Made by a program: the position numbers and the translations under genes. Shown here piece after piece: positions 27,116 to 37,173 of a stretch of DNA of 64,000 nucleotides. Origin of the DNA: a virus; IMG/VR virus record IMGVR_UViG_3300037755_000850, positions 1 to 64,000 of that record; one strand, 5' to 3'. How positions within the stretch are numbered: the first letter of the stretch is position 1; every line of letters begins with the position of its first letter. The notes under the pieces are model-generated. The model saw nothing but the letters and a program-made list of their open reading frames with translations. It searched no databases and was not told the DNA's origin.

Positions 27116-27637
27116 ATGGTTGAGCAAGAGTATGACGCCTACCATCCCGAAGTGGTCGATGAGCTTGTCAAGAGGCTGATTGATGATGTGCTGATCTGGA
27201 ACAAGACCCAGACCCGACCGCTGCCTGCTGCATATCCCCATTATGCCCGTGATCTGCGTGAGGCTCTCGCCTATGCGGGGGTTGCCATGGATGGTTATGA
27301 GATGGCGCGTTATCTCGAAGAGCACCGCCGCTGGCCAGCCAACCAGGAACTGGTGTCAACGCTTGGAATATCTTTTAAGCTTATGCCGTATGTTGTTGAT
27401 GTTGTGAAGAATAAAAACCATAATGGCAGTGATGAATCCGAGTTAAAAATCGGAGACATGCTTGCGGATAGTCAAGGAAACGTTTACACAATTGCGGAAA
27501 TTTCCAGTGATGGTTCTTTGTATACTATGTCTTACACCACCCCAAAGGATAAAACTGGGGGGACATGTTTAGTATCCCGCAGCCGGGTGATTGAAGACAT
27601 TGGCAAAGGGTTTGCACACAAGGTGGTGCCATTTTGA
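27116..27637 (+). CDS. hypothetical protein
   Basis: first rightward gene; DGYEMARYLE motif. Confidence 0.6.
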   Translation: MVEQEYDAYHPEVVDELVKRLIDDVLIWNKTQTRPLPAAYPHYARDLREALAYAGVAMDGYEMARYLEEHRRWPANQELVSTLGISFKLMPYVVDVVKNKNHNGSDESELKIGDMLADSQGNVYTIAEISSDGSLYTMSYTTPKDKTGGTCLVSRSRVIEDIGKGFAHKVVPF

Positions 27638-27788
27638 CCTTGGCCGAAACCATTCGCGCTCTACCGGACGCTGATCTTGTCGAGCAACTCAAGGCCATGC
27701 GCCGGTTCAGCGCGCGCGGTCATTACGCCTATAGCATCAACATTCATATGGCTTGCAAGGATGAATGCAAGCGGCGCGAGATTGAGAT

Positions 27789-27989
27789 ATGACTGATAAT
27801 TCAGAGCTTGTGAAGGGGCTCCGCTTGGCGGGGGATATTGAACGCCGGGAATGGGGTGGTGAGAATGCGCAGACGCTATACGATCGAGCCGCTGATGAGA
27901 TTGAAAGACTTCAAGATCTTGTCGCCAAATTTGATCAAATGATGGACCTTATCATTGATAATATTCCACCCAAGGACCAGGCCAAATGA
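27789..27989 (+). CDS. hypothetical protein
   Basis: AADEIERL phage motif. Confidence 0.55.
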   Translation: MTDNSELVKGLRLAGDIERREWGGENAQTLYDRAADEIERLQDLVAKFDQMMDLIIDNIPPKDQAK

Positions 27990-28351
27990 TCACAGTTGCG
28001 TTCCAAGCCTATCCGATTTCCACCCGTACTCGCATCGGTGGATCGGTTCTTCTGGAGATGGCGGAATATCTACCGGTCGTGGAGAGAGACAACGTGCTGA
28101 TCCCGGTGCTGCGACCGCTGGAATGGCGAGTGGTGCGGACCGAATTCGACATTGATCCGATCCGGGTCGATCTGGTCAATGAGGATGATTTCGAGCGCTG
28201 GTTCAGAGGATTTTATCGCTATGCGGTGGAAAGCCTGCTTTATGCCAATATGGCGGGAGCGCATGATTTGACTGGACCGCTGGCGTATTTTGAAACTCTG
28301 GCCGCGCTACGGTTGCGGGAGGTAGGACAAAAACATGACCAAGCCAACTGA
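27986..28351 (+). CDS. hypothetical protein
   Basis: coupled ORF. Confidence 0.55.
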   Translation: MITVAFQAYPISTRTRIGGSVLLEMAEYLPVVERDNVLIPVLRPLEWRVVRTEFDIDPIRVDLVNEDDFERWFRGFYRYAVESLLYANMAGAHDLTGPLAYFETLAALRLREVGQKHDQAN

Positions 28352-28697
28352 GTATGACATCTCCAGAGAATATACTAAAAACGCTGACTGGTCAAAGATT
28401 CCAGACCACGGTCGCGCTAATTTGCAGCGGTATATTGAACATGGTGTTCCGCCTGGAAGTTTTCTCGAAGCCGTGATTTGCAATGACCTCAAGGAAGCCT
28501 GCATGCGGGCAGACGACATCAATCAGCGGCGGATTTTTGATTATGTCCAGTTCCTCTATCAATATGCACCATCAGTTGCGTGGGGATCGATCGAAAAATA
28601 TGGAGGCTGGCTGAAACGCGGTGGTTGGGGAGGTATTCTGGCCGAGGATGACCTAACCCAACTGGAAAAAAGCGAAAGTCAGAAAGAAGATGAATGA
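28335..28697 (+). CDS. conserved phage protein
   Basis: RYIEHG.PPGSFL.AV..NDL..A..RAD..N...AP..AWGS. Confidence 0.7.
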   Translation: MTKPTEYDISREYTKNADWSKIPDHGRANLQRYIEHGVPPGSFLEAVICNDLKEACMRADDINQRRIFDYVQFLYQYAPSVAWGSIEKYGGWLKRGGWGGILAEDDLTQLEKSESQKEDE

Positions 28698-28965
28698 AAA
28701 CATGACCCCATCAGAGCAAAAGGCCAGAGAGATCGTCAAGGAATTCCGTTCCACGTTGATTGATGAGGCGGTTCCGGAATATTTCCCGAAACTAGTATAC
28801 GCCATCTCCAAAGCGATAGACGATGAACGCGAGGCGTGTGCGAAGATCGCCGAGAATGATGACAGTTTCATGATGCTTCAGGATTTCGGCCTTCAAAGCG
28901 CCGTTACGCAGAAGGGTCAAAACATCGCCGCCGCTATTCGTAGCAGGGAGACAGACAATGGGTGA
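28690..28965 (+). CDS. hypothetical phage protein
   Basis: EREACAKIAE...IAAAIRSR. Confidence 0.65.
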   Translation: MNENMTPSEQKAREIVKEFRSTLIDEAVPEYFPKLVYAISKAIDDEREACAKIAENDDSFMMLQDFGLQSAVTQKGQNIAAAIRSRETDNG

Positions 28966-29320
28966 GAACGACGAACCGATCAAGAGCTTTCTGGACCGGA
29001 TTGGTTCGGTCATTGATGCCGGGATGATCCTGTCCGATGGCGATCAGAAACGCATCTACAGCCTCGCCGTCTGGGCCGATGAACAGGACACAGCGGAAAT
29101 TTACCGTCTCCGTTCTGAGCTTGAAGCCTCACGGGGTAGGGTCGCGGAGCTTGAAGCGGCGATAAAGCCTTTTGCGCGCCTTGCTGACATTGAGTCAGAC
29201 GGACGGCGGGATGACGAAATATTTTATTCTCGGCATGGCGGCCCTGACCGGACAGTTAAGTTAACCCATGGCGACCTCCGCCGTGCCCACTTCACTCTCG
29301 AAGGGAAACAGGATGCCTGA
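28958..29320 (+). CDS. hypothetical phage protein
   Basis: coupled ORF. Confidence 0.6.
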   Translation: MGENDEPIKSFLDRIGSVIDAGMILSDGDQKRIYSLAVWADEQDTAEIYRLRSELEASRGRVAELEAAIKPFARLADIESDGRRDDEIFYSRHGGPDRTVKLTHGDLRRAHFTLEGKQDA

Positions 29321-30116
29321 CGACACGCCGCCGATGCCGAACAGCCTCCAACGCATCGATCGCGACACCCATAGCGACGATCCGATGGTGAACATGATCG
29401 AGCGCATCGTGCTTGATCCTGCTGCCTCCATCGAAAAGCTGGAGCGGGTCATCGCGCTCAAGGTTCAGCTTGAGGACCGAGAGCAGGACCGGCAGGCGCG
29501 TGAGCAGAAGCAGGATTATTTTCGCGCCATGGCCGCGTGCCAGGCCGAATTGAAAGTCGTCGTAAAGAACCAGAAGAACACCCACACCAGCTCCACCTAT
29601 GCCGATCTGGCCGCGATCGCCAAGCAGGCCGATCCCATCATTCACAAATGGGGCTTTACCGTTTCCTTCCAGCCTGCCGGGCTCAGCGAGCGGGGCGATT
29701 TACGCATCAAATGGACCATCGCCCATCAAGGTGGCCACATTGAGTCTGACACCGCAGAAATCCCGATGGACACTGCCGGGTCCAAGGGCAACGTCAACAA
29801 AACCCCGACTCAAGCCTTCGGTTCCACCATGTCTTATGGGCGGCGCTATCTGAAACTATCCCTGTTCGATATCGCCACCGGTGATGACAATGATGGCAAC
29901 GCCATTCCAGAACACCAGCCTATCAGCGAAAAACAGGTAGAGAGAATCTTTGCCCTGATCGAGGAAACCAATACCAACGCGATTGATTTTTGTAGGCATT
30001 TCAACATCGATCATGTGGCCGGTCTTCCGCAAGCCCGCTTCGTTGACGCCATGAATATGTTCGCCAGAAAGAAAAAGCTGCAAGAAACACAAAGACCCCC
30101 TGATGCAGATCTTTGA
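29313..30116 (+). CDS. erf: ERF-family ssDNA annealing protein
   Basis: YADL..I, H..GH, QAFGSTMSYGRRYL...F.IATG.DNDG. Confidence 0.9.
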   Translation: MPDDTPPMPNSLQRIDRDTHSDDPMVNMIERIVLDPAASIEKLERVIALKVQLEDREQDRQAREQKQDYFRAMAACQAELKVVVKNQKNTHTSSTYADLAAIAKQADPIIHKWGFTVSFQPAGLSERGDLRIKWTIAHQGGHIESDTAEIPMDTAGSKGNVNKTPTQAFGSTMSYGRRYLKLSLFDIATGDDNDGNAIPEHQPISEKQVERIFALIEETNTNAIDFCRHFNIDHVAGLPQARFVDAMNMFARKKKLQETQRPPDADL

Positions 30117-30987
30117 CGATTTTGAGCAAAACAGTCCTCAGTGGTATCAGATCAGAGCTGGGTGTGTGACCGCATCGCAGATGAAGACCGTCTTGGCGCG
30201 TGGCAAGGGCGGCAAAGACAGCCTAACCCGGCAGAAATATCTTTACACCTTGGCCGGTGAAATCCTGACCGGCGAGCCCGCCGAGACCTACAGCAACCAC
30301 CACATGCAACGTGGCCATCTACTCGAAGAAGAAGCCCGCAGCTATTATAGCCTGATCACCAATGCCGAAACAAGACAAGTCGGCTTCATCCGCAATGGCA
30401 ATGTTGGCGCTTCACCGGATTCGCTGATCGGCGAGCGCGGCCTGTTGGAGATCAAAACCGCCCTGCCCAGCATCCTCTTGGGTTTGATCATCAAGAATGC
30501 GTTTCCACCCGAGCACAAGGCACAAACCCAGGGCCAGTTGATGGTCGCCGAGCGGGATTGGGTGGACATCTGCTGCTACTGGCCCAAGATCCCCCCCTTC
30601 ATCAAACGCGCCTATCGCGATGAACCCTATATCCGCATGCTTGCCGATGAGGTAGACCGGTTCAATGATGAGCTTGCGGCAATCGTTGCCAAGATCAGGG
30701 CCTATGGCGGGCTGGAGGCTGTGGACACGCCAGAGACGCCGCCTGTGCCACGCAAGCCGTCGCCATGGGCGGGATTGCGCCCAGCGGTGCGCCTGCGCCT
30801 GTCTGAGGCCGTGGAAAGGCTTCGCGAGACCGGTACGCTCAACCGCGCCGACATCCAACGCATTGGCGAGGTCAGCATGCCGCAGGCAAGTTCAGACATC
30901 GCAGAGATCAAGAAACGCTTCCCCGATCTGATGCGATATGACAGGTCTGCCAAATGTTATGTTCTGGTGGAAAAGGAGACGGCATGA
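30103..30987 (+). CDS. YqaJ/lambda exonuclease with C-terminal wHTH extension
   Basis: Q.S..W...R.G.VTAS, RG..LE..AR, GASPDSL, LEIK, Q.QGQL. Confidence 0.9.
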   Translation: MQIFDDFEQNSPQWYQIRAGCVTASQMKTVLARGKGGKDSLTRQKYLYTLAGEILTGEPAETYSNHHMQRGHLLEEEARSYYSLITNAETRQVGFIRNGNVGASPDSLIGERGLLEIKTALPSILLGLIIKNAFPPEHKAQTQGQLMVAERDWVDICCYWPKIPPFIKRAYRDEPYIRMLADEVDRFNDELAAIVAKIRAYGGLEAVDTPETPPVPRKPSPWAGLRPAVRLRLSEAVERLRETGTLNRADIQRIGEVSMPQASSDIAEIKKRFPDLMRYDRSAKCYVLVEKETA

Positions 30988-31544
30988 CCGATGGCATCAA
31001 ACGCAAGCGCGATCGCAGCGCGTTTTTCCGCTCCACCGGGCGCTCCCTCATTCCAGCCGAGGTCAAGGCGGAGGAGATGCTGTCCGCCATGGGCAGGGAT
31101 GCGCTTTTGCGGGTGTCCCTGACCAAGCCGAGACGGCACAAACATCACAGATTTTTCTTTGCGACTCTGGCTAACTACTTTGAAAACTGGCCGGAATCGG
31201 CATCCTTCCAACCTGACAACGAAGAACACCTCCGCGCTTGGGCTATTGTGCGTGCGGGCTACCGAGATCTGATCGGCGAACGGCTTGATCATGATGTCGG
31301 CGATGTTGCCGCGATGTCGAATTTTATCACACGATGTCTCGCCAAACAACGCGAACATGGTTATGGTTTCGTGACGATTCACAATGGCTCACTGGTTTTT
31401 GCAACGCCCCGTAGCATCGCCTGGGATGTCTTGGATCAAGCCGCATTTGCGCCGATCGCAGATGCTGTCTTCGCTGTTCTGGAGCGGGAGTCTGGACTCC
31501 CCTTGAGCACGATGTATGTGGACCCTAAGCAAGGTGAGACTTGA
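30984..31544 (+). CDS. DUF1367/NinB-like protein
   Basis: PR...HHRFFFA, RAGY, PRSIAW...DQ..F. Confidence 0.6.
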   Translation: MTDGIKRKRDRSAFFRSTGRSLIPAEVKAEEMLSAMGRDALLRVSLTKPRRHKHHRFFFATLANYFENWPESASFQPDNEEHLRAWAIVRAGYRDLIGERLDHDVGDVAAMSNFITRCLAKQREHGYGFVTIHNGSLVFATPRSIAWDVLDQAAFAPIADAVFAVLERESGLPLSTMYVDPKQGET

Positions 31545-32033
31545 ATGCCACCGCGCAAACAACCCAACCTGTCGGAACTATTGGCAGCGGCCCTGCTGCG
31601 GATCAAACAGGGTGACGAGTGGCTGATCGACGACGAGTATTTGCGCGAGAAAGGCACGGCGCAGGAAATCCGTGCCTATGTCGAGTTTGACCATGCCCGG
31701 CGTCACGCCGAGAATGGTGGAAATAATCCACAGAACCTCTACCCGATGCGGAAGCCGGATCACCGCGAGAAATCCAGAGCCGACACCACGGAAATCGCCA
31801 AGGGCAAAAGAATTGGTCGCAAACAGCAAGAATTCTTGCGAAAAATTCTAGCCAAGAGCGGACAAGACGTGCCAAGCTCCGGCACCGAACAAAACCGAGA
31901 GACATCATGCAGCCCGAAGACAAAGATCCCAACGCGGCCCTGGCCGAAGACCTCTCGGCCTCTTTGCGCCGGACGCAAAATTCCAGCCAGGCCGTTTACC
32001 AAACGTCTGCGTCCCAATCCGAAAACCGAATGA
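31545..32033 (+). CDS. HNH-like endonuclease
   Basis: EFDH.....GG.N...NL.P....H..K...D...IAK.KR. Confidence 0.65.
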   Translation: MPPRKQPNLSELLAAALLRIKQGDEWLIDDEYLREKGTAQEIRAYVEFDHARRHAENGGNNPQNLYPMRKPDHREKSRADTTEIAKGKRIGRKQQEFLRKILAKSGQDVPSSGTEQNRETSCSPKTKIPTRPWPKTSRPLCAGRKIPARPFTKRLRPNPKTE

Positions 32034-32323
32034 AACTGCCACCCGGCGTTGCTGAGGAAACTGCCCGGATCTTCTTTGATTTTTGGGAATCCAACGCCGC
32101 CAATGCCGAGCGCCGGGAGCGCCGCCCGTGGGAGACCGTCTCTCCGCAGCATCGGATGATGTGGGTGCAAATCACCCGTGTCGCGTTGGAGATGTACACC
32201 TCGATCCTCTTGACAGACATCCATAAGTTTTTAAATCAGTCCAATGGCGATCTTGGGGCCGCCTTTGCCCGAGCCCTGCGCCGCTATGCAAAAACCATAC
32301 TCAATACGATCATCAAGCCTTAA
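32030..32323 (+). CDS. hypothetical protein
   Basis: ATGA-coupled. Confidence 0.55.
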   Translation: MKLPPGVAEETARIFFDFWESNAANAERRERRPWETVSPQHRMMWVQITRVALEMYTSILLTDIHKFLNQSNGDLGAAFARALRRYAKTILNTIIKP

Positions 32324-32353
32324 AAATTCAGTTGCGTAAAAGGAGAAAGCCAA

Positions 32354-33265
32354 ATGGCAACCAAGACCAGAAGAAAACCCGTCAATATCGACGCCATGGC
32401 CAGAGATGTATCTTTCGACGATGAGGCCAAAGCACCGGCTCCACCGCCAAAAGACATCAAGCTGGACATCAAGACCGAGACCATTACTCCCGATATTGCA
32501 AGGCAGTATCTGGGGGTAAATTTCGGTCACAACCGCAAGGTTATCAGCTCCTATGTCCGCCGCTATGCTGATGACATGGCGGGTGGGCGCTGGCGCTTTG
32601 AAGCCTCAGACCCGATCCGGTTCAACATCAATGGCGAGTTGATTGACGGTCAACACCGCTTGCATGCGGTGGTTGCCACCGGCATCGCAACGCCTTTCAT
32701 CGTCATACGCGGCATTCCTGTTGAGGCTATCCATGTCATTGACACCGGCAAGGCGCGCTCACCGTCTGATGCCTTGAAGATCAGCGGGTTTCACAATACG
32801 GTCCTGCTGGCCTCAGCCCTGCGCCACCTGTTGATCATCAAGGATGGCCCGCTGCAACTCAAGACGCCACGCTGGCGGACTCACAGTGACATCATCGCCG
32901 CTGCCCAGCAGCACAAAGACATTATTCCGTGGGTAACACGCATTCGTCCTGTGCGCGGCGTAAGGCCGTCACAAGTGGTGACGATGAGCTATGTAGGCGA
33001 CCAATTGCTTGGTCTTCCGGACACCGCCCATCGCTTCATGACCGTGTTCAATACGGGTGTTCCCGATTATGAGGGATGCCCCGCACATCGTTTGCGTGAA
33101 CAACTGATTGCGTCAGCAGGGCACAAGGGCAATCGCGCGTCCAGTTCATGGTCCTTGATGATGATGGCGCATGTGTGGAACCTGTTTGCAAAGCGCAAAG
33201 CCATTCAGCAATTGAAGCCCCCTTTGCAAGTTTCCATTGACGGACTTGACAGCGATCTGATTTGA
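32354..33265 (+). CDS. ParB/Srx-like N-terminal domain protein
   Basis: ITP..A..YL..N..NR, YA.DM..G.W, LIDGQHRL.A, IDTG..RS..D. Confidence 0.75.
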   Translation: MATKTRRKPVNIDAMARDVSFDDEAKAPAPPPKDIKLDIKTETITPDIARQYLGVNFGHNRKVISSYVRRYADDMAGGRWRFEASDPIRFNINGELIDGQHRLHAVVATGIATPFIVIRGIPVEAIHVIDTGKARSPSDALKISGFHNTVLLASALRHLLIIKDGPLQLKTPRWRTHSDIIAAAQQHKDIIPWVTRIRPVRGVRPSQVVTMSYVGDQLLGLPDTAHRFMTVFNTGVPDYEGCPAHRLREQLIASAGHKGNRASSSWSLMMMAHVWNLFAKRKAIQQLKPPLQVSIDGLDSDLI

Positions 33266-33299
33266 TGTCAGAGACTTGGTAATATAAGGAGAGAGTTAC

Positions 33300-34217
33300 A
33301 TGGCAATAAACGAAACGCTTACGAAAAAAACACATAGCGATCAGGTCAAGCCGTCACAACTCCTGTCGGATCGCAAACGTGACATCCGCAAGGTTAAGCC
33401 CATCGATGACATGATGGGTATTCAGCCTAACAAGGTATCAACTTCCGAGCCGGAATTCATTCACGTCGATCCCAAGGAGGTCTATATTGACGGGACATAT
33501 CAGCGTGATGTGACCCGTCAGGGAATGAAGCTCATTCTCAATATCATCGAGAATTTTTCCTGGTCGAAATTCAAACCCCCTGTCCTGACGCGTGACGACA
33601 AGGATCGTCTGATTGCCATTGATGGCCAGCATACGCTGATTGGTGCGGCCAGCCATCCGGAAATCAAGAGAATCCCCGCAATCTTCATTCCCTTGAAGAG
33701 TGTGGAGGATCAGGCATCTTCTTTTGTCTCGCACAACACCGCCAAGGTGAATGTTCCGGTGATGGATTTGTTTTTTGCCCAATTGGCGCAAAAAGATCAA
33801 ACCACAATGGACATTTACAATGTTCTGGTAAAAAATGGCATTGAGTTGCTTCGCTTCATGTCCGGTGCGACTACTGGCTCTTATGAGCCGAACACCACCA
33901 TGGCGATCGGAGCCTTGAAGGAAATCTACCGGAAACACGGCAAGGCGAAACTGGATAATATTCTTGCCATGTGTGCGGAATGTGGCTTTACGCCGATCCG
34001 CCGCGATCATCTGATTGCCCTGAAAGAACTGCTTTACGGTCGCAAGGAAGAGCGCGGTGAGATTGATCAGGATCTTCTGATTGAAACCATCAAGAGCTTG
34101 AATGACACCACGTCACGCATGCGCGCGGCGAGCATTGCTAGCACCACGCAAGTCTCTCAGGCGATAGGTCTGGCGATATTCTGGCGTAACCAATATTACC
34201 GGCTTTACGCTCAGTAA
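33300..34217 (+). CDS. ParB-like N-terminal domain protein (DUF6551-like)
   Basis: ID.TYQR, F.W.KF, IDGQHT..A, A..FV..N. Confidence 0.7.
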   Translation: MAINETLTKKTHSDQVKPSQLLSDRKRDIRKVKPIDDMMGIQPNKVSTSEPEFIHVDPKEVYIDGTYQRDVTRQGMKLILNIIENFSWSKFKPPVLTRDDKDRLIAIDGQHTLIGAASHPEIKRIPAIFIPLKSVEDQASSFVSHNTAKVNVPVMDLFFAQLAQKDQTTMDIYNVLVKNGIELLRFMSGATTGSYEPNTTMAIGALKEIYRKHGKAKLDNILAMCAECGFTPIRRDHLIALKELLYGRKEERGEIDQDLLIETIKSLNDTTSRMRAASIASTTQVSQAIGLAIFWRNQYYRLYAQ

Positions 34218-34242
34218 TATATCGCCATCAATGTAATGTAAC

Positions 34243-34274
34243 AAAGCCGGGGATATTTCTCCGGCTTTTTCTTT
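34243..34274 (+). terminator. intrinsic terminator
   Basis: AAAGCCGGGGA...TCTCCGGCTTTTTCTTT. Confidence 0.65.
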
Positions 34275-34288
34275 AACTGGATTTGCAC

Positions 34289-35143
34289 ATGACGAAAATT
34301 TCTCTATGCTCAGATTTGCATCTGGAATTCTGCCAAGCACCCGAACTTCCTGGTGGCGATATTCTGATTCTGGCAGGTGACATTTTTCAAGTATCACTGC
34401 TGGCCCCTCACCGAACTGACAAGGAAGCCAGAAAGGCGCGGGACCGGGCGGTCAAATTTTGCACCGAGCAATTGCGCAAATACCATGCGGTGTTTTATGT
34501 GACCGGAAATCATGAATATTATAGCAGTCTGATAGAAACGGCTGACCAGTCGCTCCGGGAGTTTCTGAGGCAATACGCACCCAATGTCAGGTTCCTCGAT
34601 AACAGTATTGATCACATGGACGGTGTGACTTTCATTGGCTCCACGCTCTGGGCCAGAAGTTGCGCTGGAACAGCCGAGGAATGGCGGGCCGCGCGAGCCA
34701 TGAATGATTTTTCCCGAATCAAGACCAGCGCAGAACCACCAGAGGGTATGCGTCTGTATCACAAGCAGCGTGCCTTTCAGCCTGTTGACGCCAATCGCCT
34801 CTATCAGATCAACAGACAGTTCATCACCGACGCTGCCGCCGCTATCAATGGGCCAATCATCCTGATTACCCATCACGCACCCTGCTTTGCCAGTGGTCAC
34901 GGCGTGGACTTCAACGCAGCCTATCTGGATGATGTTTATTGCGGTGATCTTGTTGACATTCTCTTCGAACACCCGCATATAAAATATGCCGTACATGGTC
35001 ATACCCATTGTGCGGAGAACTACAAGGTGGGTGAAACCAGAGTTCTGTCCAATCCACGTGGGTATTTCCCCGATGAACGGATATCACGCCACTTTGACCC
35101 TGAGCAATTTTCATTTGAGCTAGAGGATCTGAAAAATGGATGA
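34289..35143 (+). CDS. calcineurin-like metallophosphoesterase
   Basis: SDLH, AGD, GNHE, THHAP, HGHTH, NPRGY. Confidence 0.9.
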   Translation: MTKISLCSDLHLEFCQAPELPGGDILILAGDIFQVSLLAPHRTDKEARKARDRAVKFCTEQLRKYHAVFYVTGNHEYYSSLIETADQSLREFLRQYAPNVRFLDNSIDHMDGVTFIGSTLWARSCAGTAEEWRAARAMNDFSRIKTSAEPPEGMRLYHKQRAFQPVDANRLYQINRQFITDAAAAINGPIILITHHAPCFASGHGVDFNAAYLDDVYCGDLVDILFEHPHIKYAVHGHTHCAENYKVGETRVLSNPRGYFPDERISRHFDPEQFSFELEDLKNG

Positions 35144-35546
35144 CACGATTTTAAGCAAAACGACACTCAGCGGCAGGGATGCGGAAAAGTTCTTTGAACT
35201 TCTTAGTGGCGGTGAAAAAAAGCGTGATGAAGACGGCCTGCCGCGCGATGTTCAGGTTCTGCGGCTTCAGGAAGCCTATCGCCAGTTTCAGGAAACTCAT
35301 GAGTTTGAGCCCGGCGATATCGTCCAGGTCAAGCCGTCGCTTTACGGCAATTTCTACTACCCGAAACCGGGCCAGCCAGCGTTGGTCATCAAGAAACATA
35401 ATCCACCCCTGATGTCTACGGAAGCCGACTCAGGCGATCCTGCTTTTGGCCGTGAATTTGATGTTTCGGTGCGCGTCTGCGTGGAGGACAGGATCGTCGA
35501 ATTCCCCTATAGCAGCGAGCTGCTGGAGCCTTATCAGGGCAAGTAA
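35136..35546 (+). CDS. hypothetical protein
   Basis: coupled ORF, GAGG RBS. Confidence 0.6.
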   Translation: MDDTILSKTTLSGRDAEKFFELLSGGEKKRDEDGLPRDVQVLRLQEAYRQFQETHEFEPGDIVQVKPSLYGNFYYPKPGQPALVIKKHNPPLMSTEADSGDPAFGREFDVSVRVCVEDRIVEFPYSSELLEPYQGK

Positions 35547-35557
35547 TGGGGTGAGGC

Positions 35558-35959
35558 ATGGGTCTCTACCAGCTTGAACTCATCCCGCAGCGTATCCGCT
35601 TCGCCGTCTTCGAGGCGCAGAACTGGCGGTGTTGCTATTGCGGCTTGCGCATGCATGCTGGCGAGCCTTGGGAATGCGAAATCCGTTATGCCAGATTTAA
35701 CGGATTTCGCTACCGGGCTGGCAATGAAAGAGTTCGGTGGTTCCTGCGAAATTCACGGGCAACGATCGAACATCTCACCCGCAGGGCGGATGGCGGCACG
35801 CATTATTACGACAATCTGACTGGGGCTTGCAATTGGTGCAACTCCAATCGTCAGGAACGCGGCGCGATGGAGTGGTTCGAAGAAATCCAGAAACTGGTTG
35901 CGAGCGGCGAACACCCGTTCGCCAGCCTGATCAATCGGGGCTTTGACAATGAATTCTGA
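35558..35959 (+). CDS. HNH endonuclease
   Basis: Q..RCCYCG, ATIEH.....GG....NL..AC..CN..R. Confidence 0.85.
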   Translation: MGLYQLELIPQRIRFAVFEAQNWRCCYCGLRMHAGEPWECEIRYARFNGFRYRAGNERVRWFLRNSRATIEHLTRRADGGTHYYDNLTGACNWCNSNRQERGAMEWFEEIQKLVASGEHPFASLINRGFDNEF

Positions 35960-36173
35960 TGAGATTTTGTTCATGTTGCTGATCCTGTTTCTCGGCTTTG
36001 TCTATTTGAGTGTCGGGGCTTTTTTTGCCTGGATCTTGGGGATTGCATCGGGGACGTTCGTCTGGATTGCGGTGGCGATATGCTGGCCGATCATCAGTGT
36101 CCTTACATTATTCCTGATGATCATTGTTGCCGGGCTGATCAGTAGCGTGCTTTCAGCGATAAGGGGGGGATAG
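35949..36173 (+). CDS. small membrane protein
   Basis: almost entirely hydrophobic. Confidence 0.55.
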   Translation: MNSDEILFMLLILFLGFVYLSVGAFFAWILGIASGTFVWIAVAICWPIISVLTLFLMIIVAGLISSVLSAIRGG

Positions 36174-36175
36174 AT

Positions 36176-36586
36176 ATGCGCTCGCGTACCGTTTTGTTTG
36201 CCGTCGATCTCGTCATCGTTCGTGGACAGAAGATATTATTCGTTGTGCGTAAATATCCGCCATTTGAGGGCATGCTGGCCTTGCCGGGCGGGTTTGTCGA
36301 GGTGGATGAGACCGCCGAAGCTGCCGCCATCCGCGAGCTGGAAGAAGAAACCGGCGTCGTGCTTCCGGAAAGCGAATTGGCCTTCGTGAAACTGTCCTCT
36401 GAGACAAAGCGTGATCCTCGGGGCCGGGTGATCAGCGCGGCCTACATGGCCAAGGTTCCATCCAGAACCAGGGCGGTTGCCGCCGATGATGCCCGCGAGG
36501 TGGTGTGGTTGACGCCGGAACAAGCTTTCCGGCGCGGCTTGGCCTTTGATCATGAAGATATTCTAACCGCAGCTCTGGAAGATTAA
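36176..36586 (+). CDS. NUDIX hydrolase
   Basis: Nudix box GGFVEVDETAEAAAIRELEEETG, RDPRGR. Confidence 0.92.
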   Translation: MRSRTVLFAVDLVIVRGQKILFVVRKYPPFEGMLALPGGFVEVDETAEAAAIRELEEETGVVLPESELAFVKLSSETKRDPRGRVISAAYMAKVPSRTRAVAADDAREVVWLTPEQAFRRGLAFDHEDILTAALED

Positions 36587-36587
36587 A

Positions 36588-36845
36588 ATGACAATGGCTG
36601 ATCCCACCATAAAGGAAATCGAAGCACTTGTGGACCGGCTTGAGGGCCGGTATCCGATCGGGCCACATCTTCCCAATGGCAACCCTGAATTCGGATGGCG
36701 TCAATTCGAGGCAACGCCAATTAATATTGAAGCCGCCGCTGCTCTGCGTTTCCTTCTCAAGGAACAAAGGGCGGCAGAGGCTGCTCTTCGCATCGGGGCT
36801 TCTGTAATAGAGAGACTCGCTACAAAGAAAGATTCCAATGGCTGA
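36588..36845 (+). CDS. hypothetical phage protein
   Basis: coupled ORF. Confidence 0.6.
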   Translation: MTMADPTIKEIEALVDRLEGRYPIGPHLPNGNPEFGWRQFEATPINIEAAAALRFLLKEQRAAEAALRIGASVIERLATKKDSNG

Positions 36846-37173
36846 AATTCCAGCGTGGCTAGCCGCCCGCCGCGCGCAGTCCTCTGATCTCAACAGCATG
36901 GAGTGGGACGCTCTGCGCACCGCTCAGGAACTGTTTGATCGCAATCAGGAAGGCTTGGTGAGCGGTGAAGCCTTCAATGCGGATGTGACGCCAGCGATTG
37001 AACTGGTGCGGCTGGTTCGGGATCGCGTCATTGATGAATGTGCCAAGGCCGTCAAGGATTGCATGCCATTCATGATCGAAAACGACGCCACTGGCGATGG
37101 CTATCGGGCTGCGTTGGCTGCTGCCGAACAGGCAATACTGGCACTGAAGGGAAATCCAGATGCCGAAAAGTAG
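36838..37173 (+). CDS. hypothetical protein
   Basis: coupled ORF. Confidence 0.55.
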   Translation: MAEIPAWLAARRAQSSDLNSMEWDALRTAQELFDRNQEGLVSGEAFNADVTPAIELVRLVRDRVIDECAKAVKDCMPFMIENDATGDGYRAALAAAEQAILALKGNPDAEK

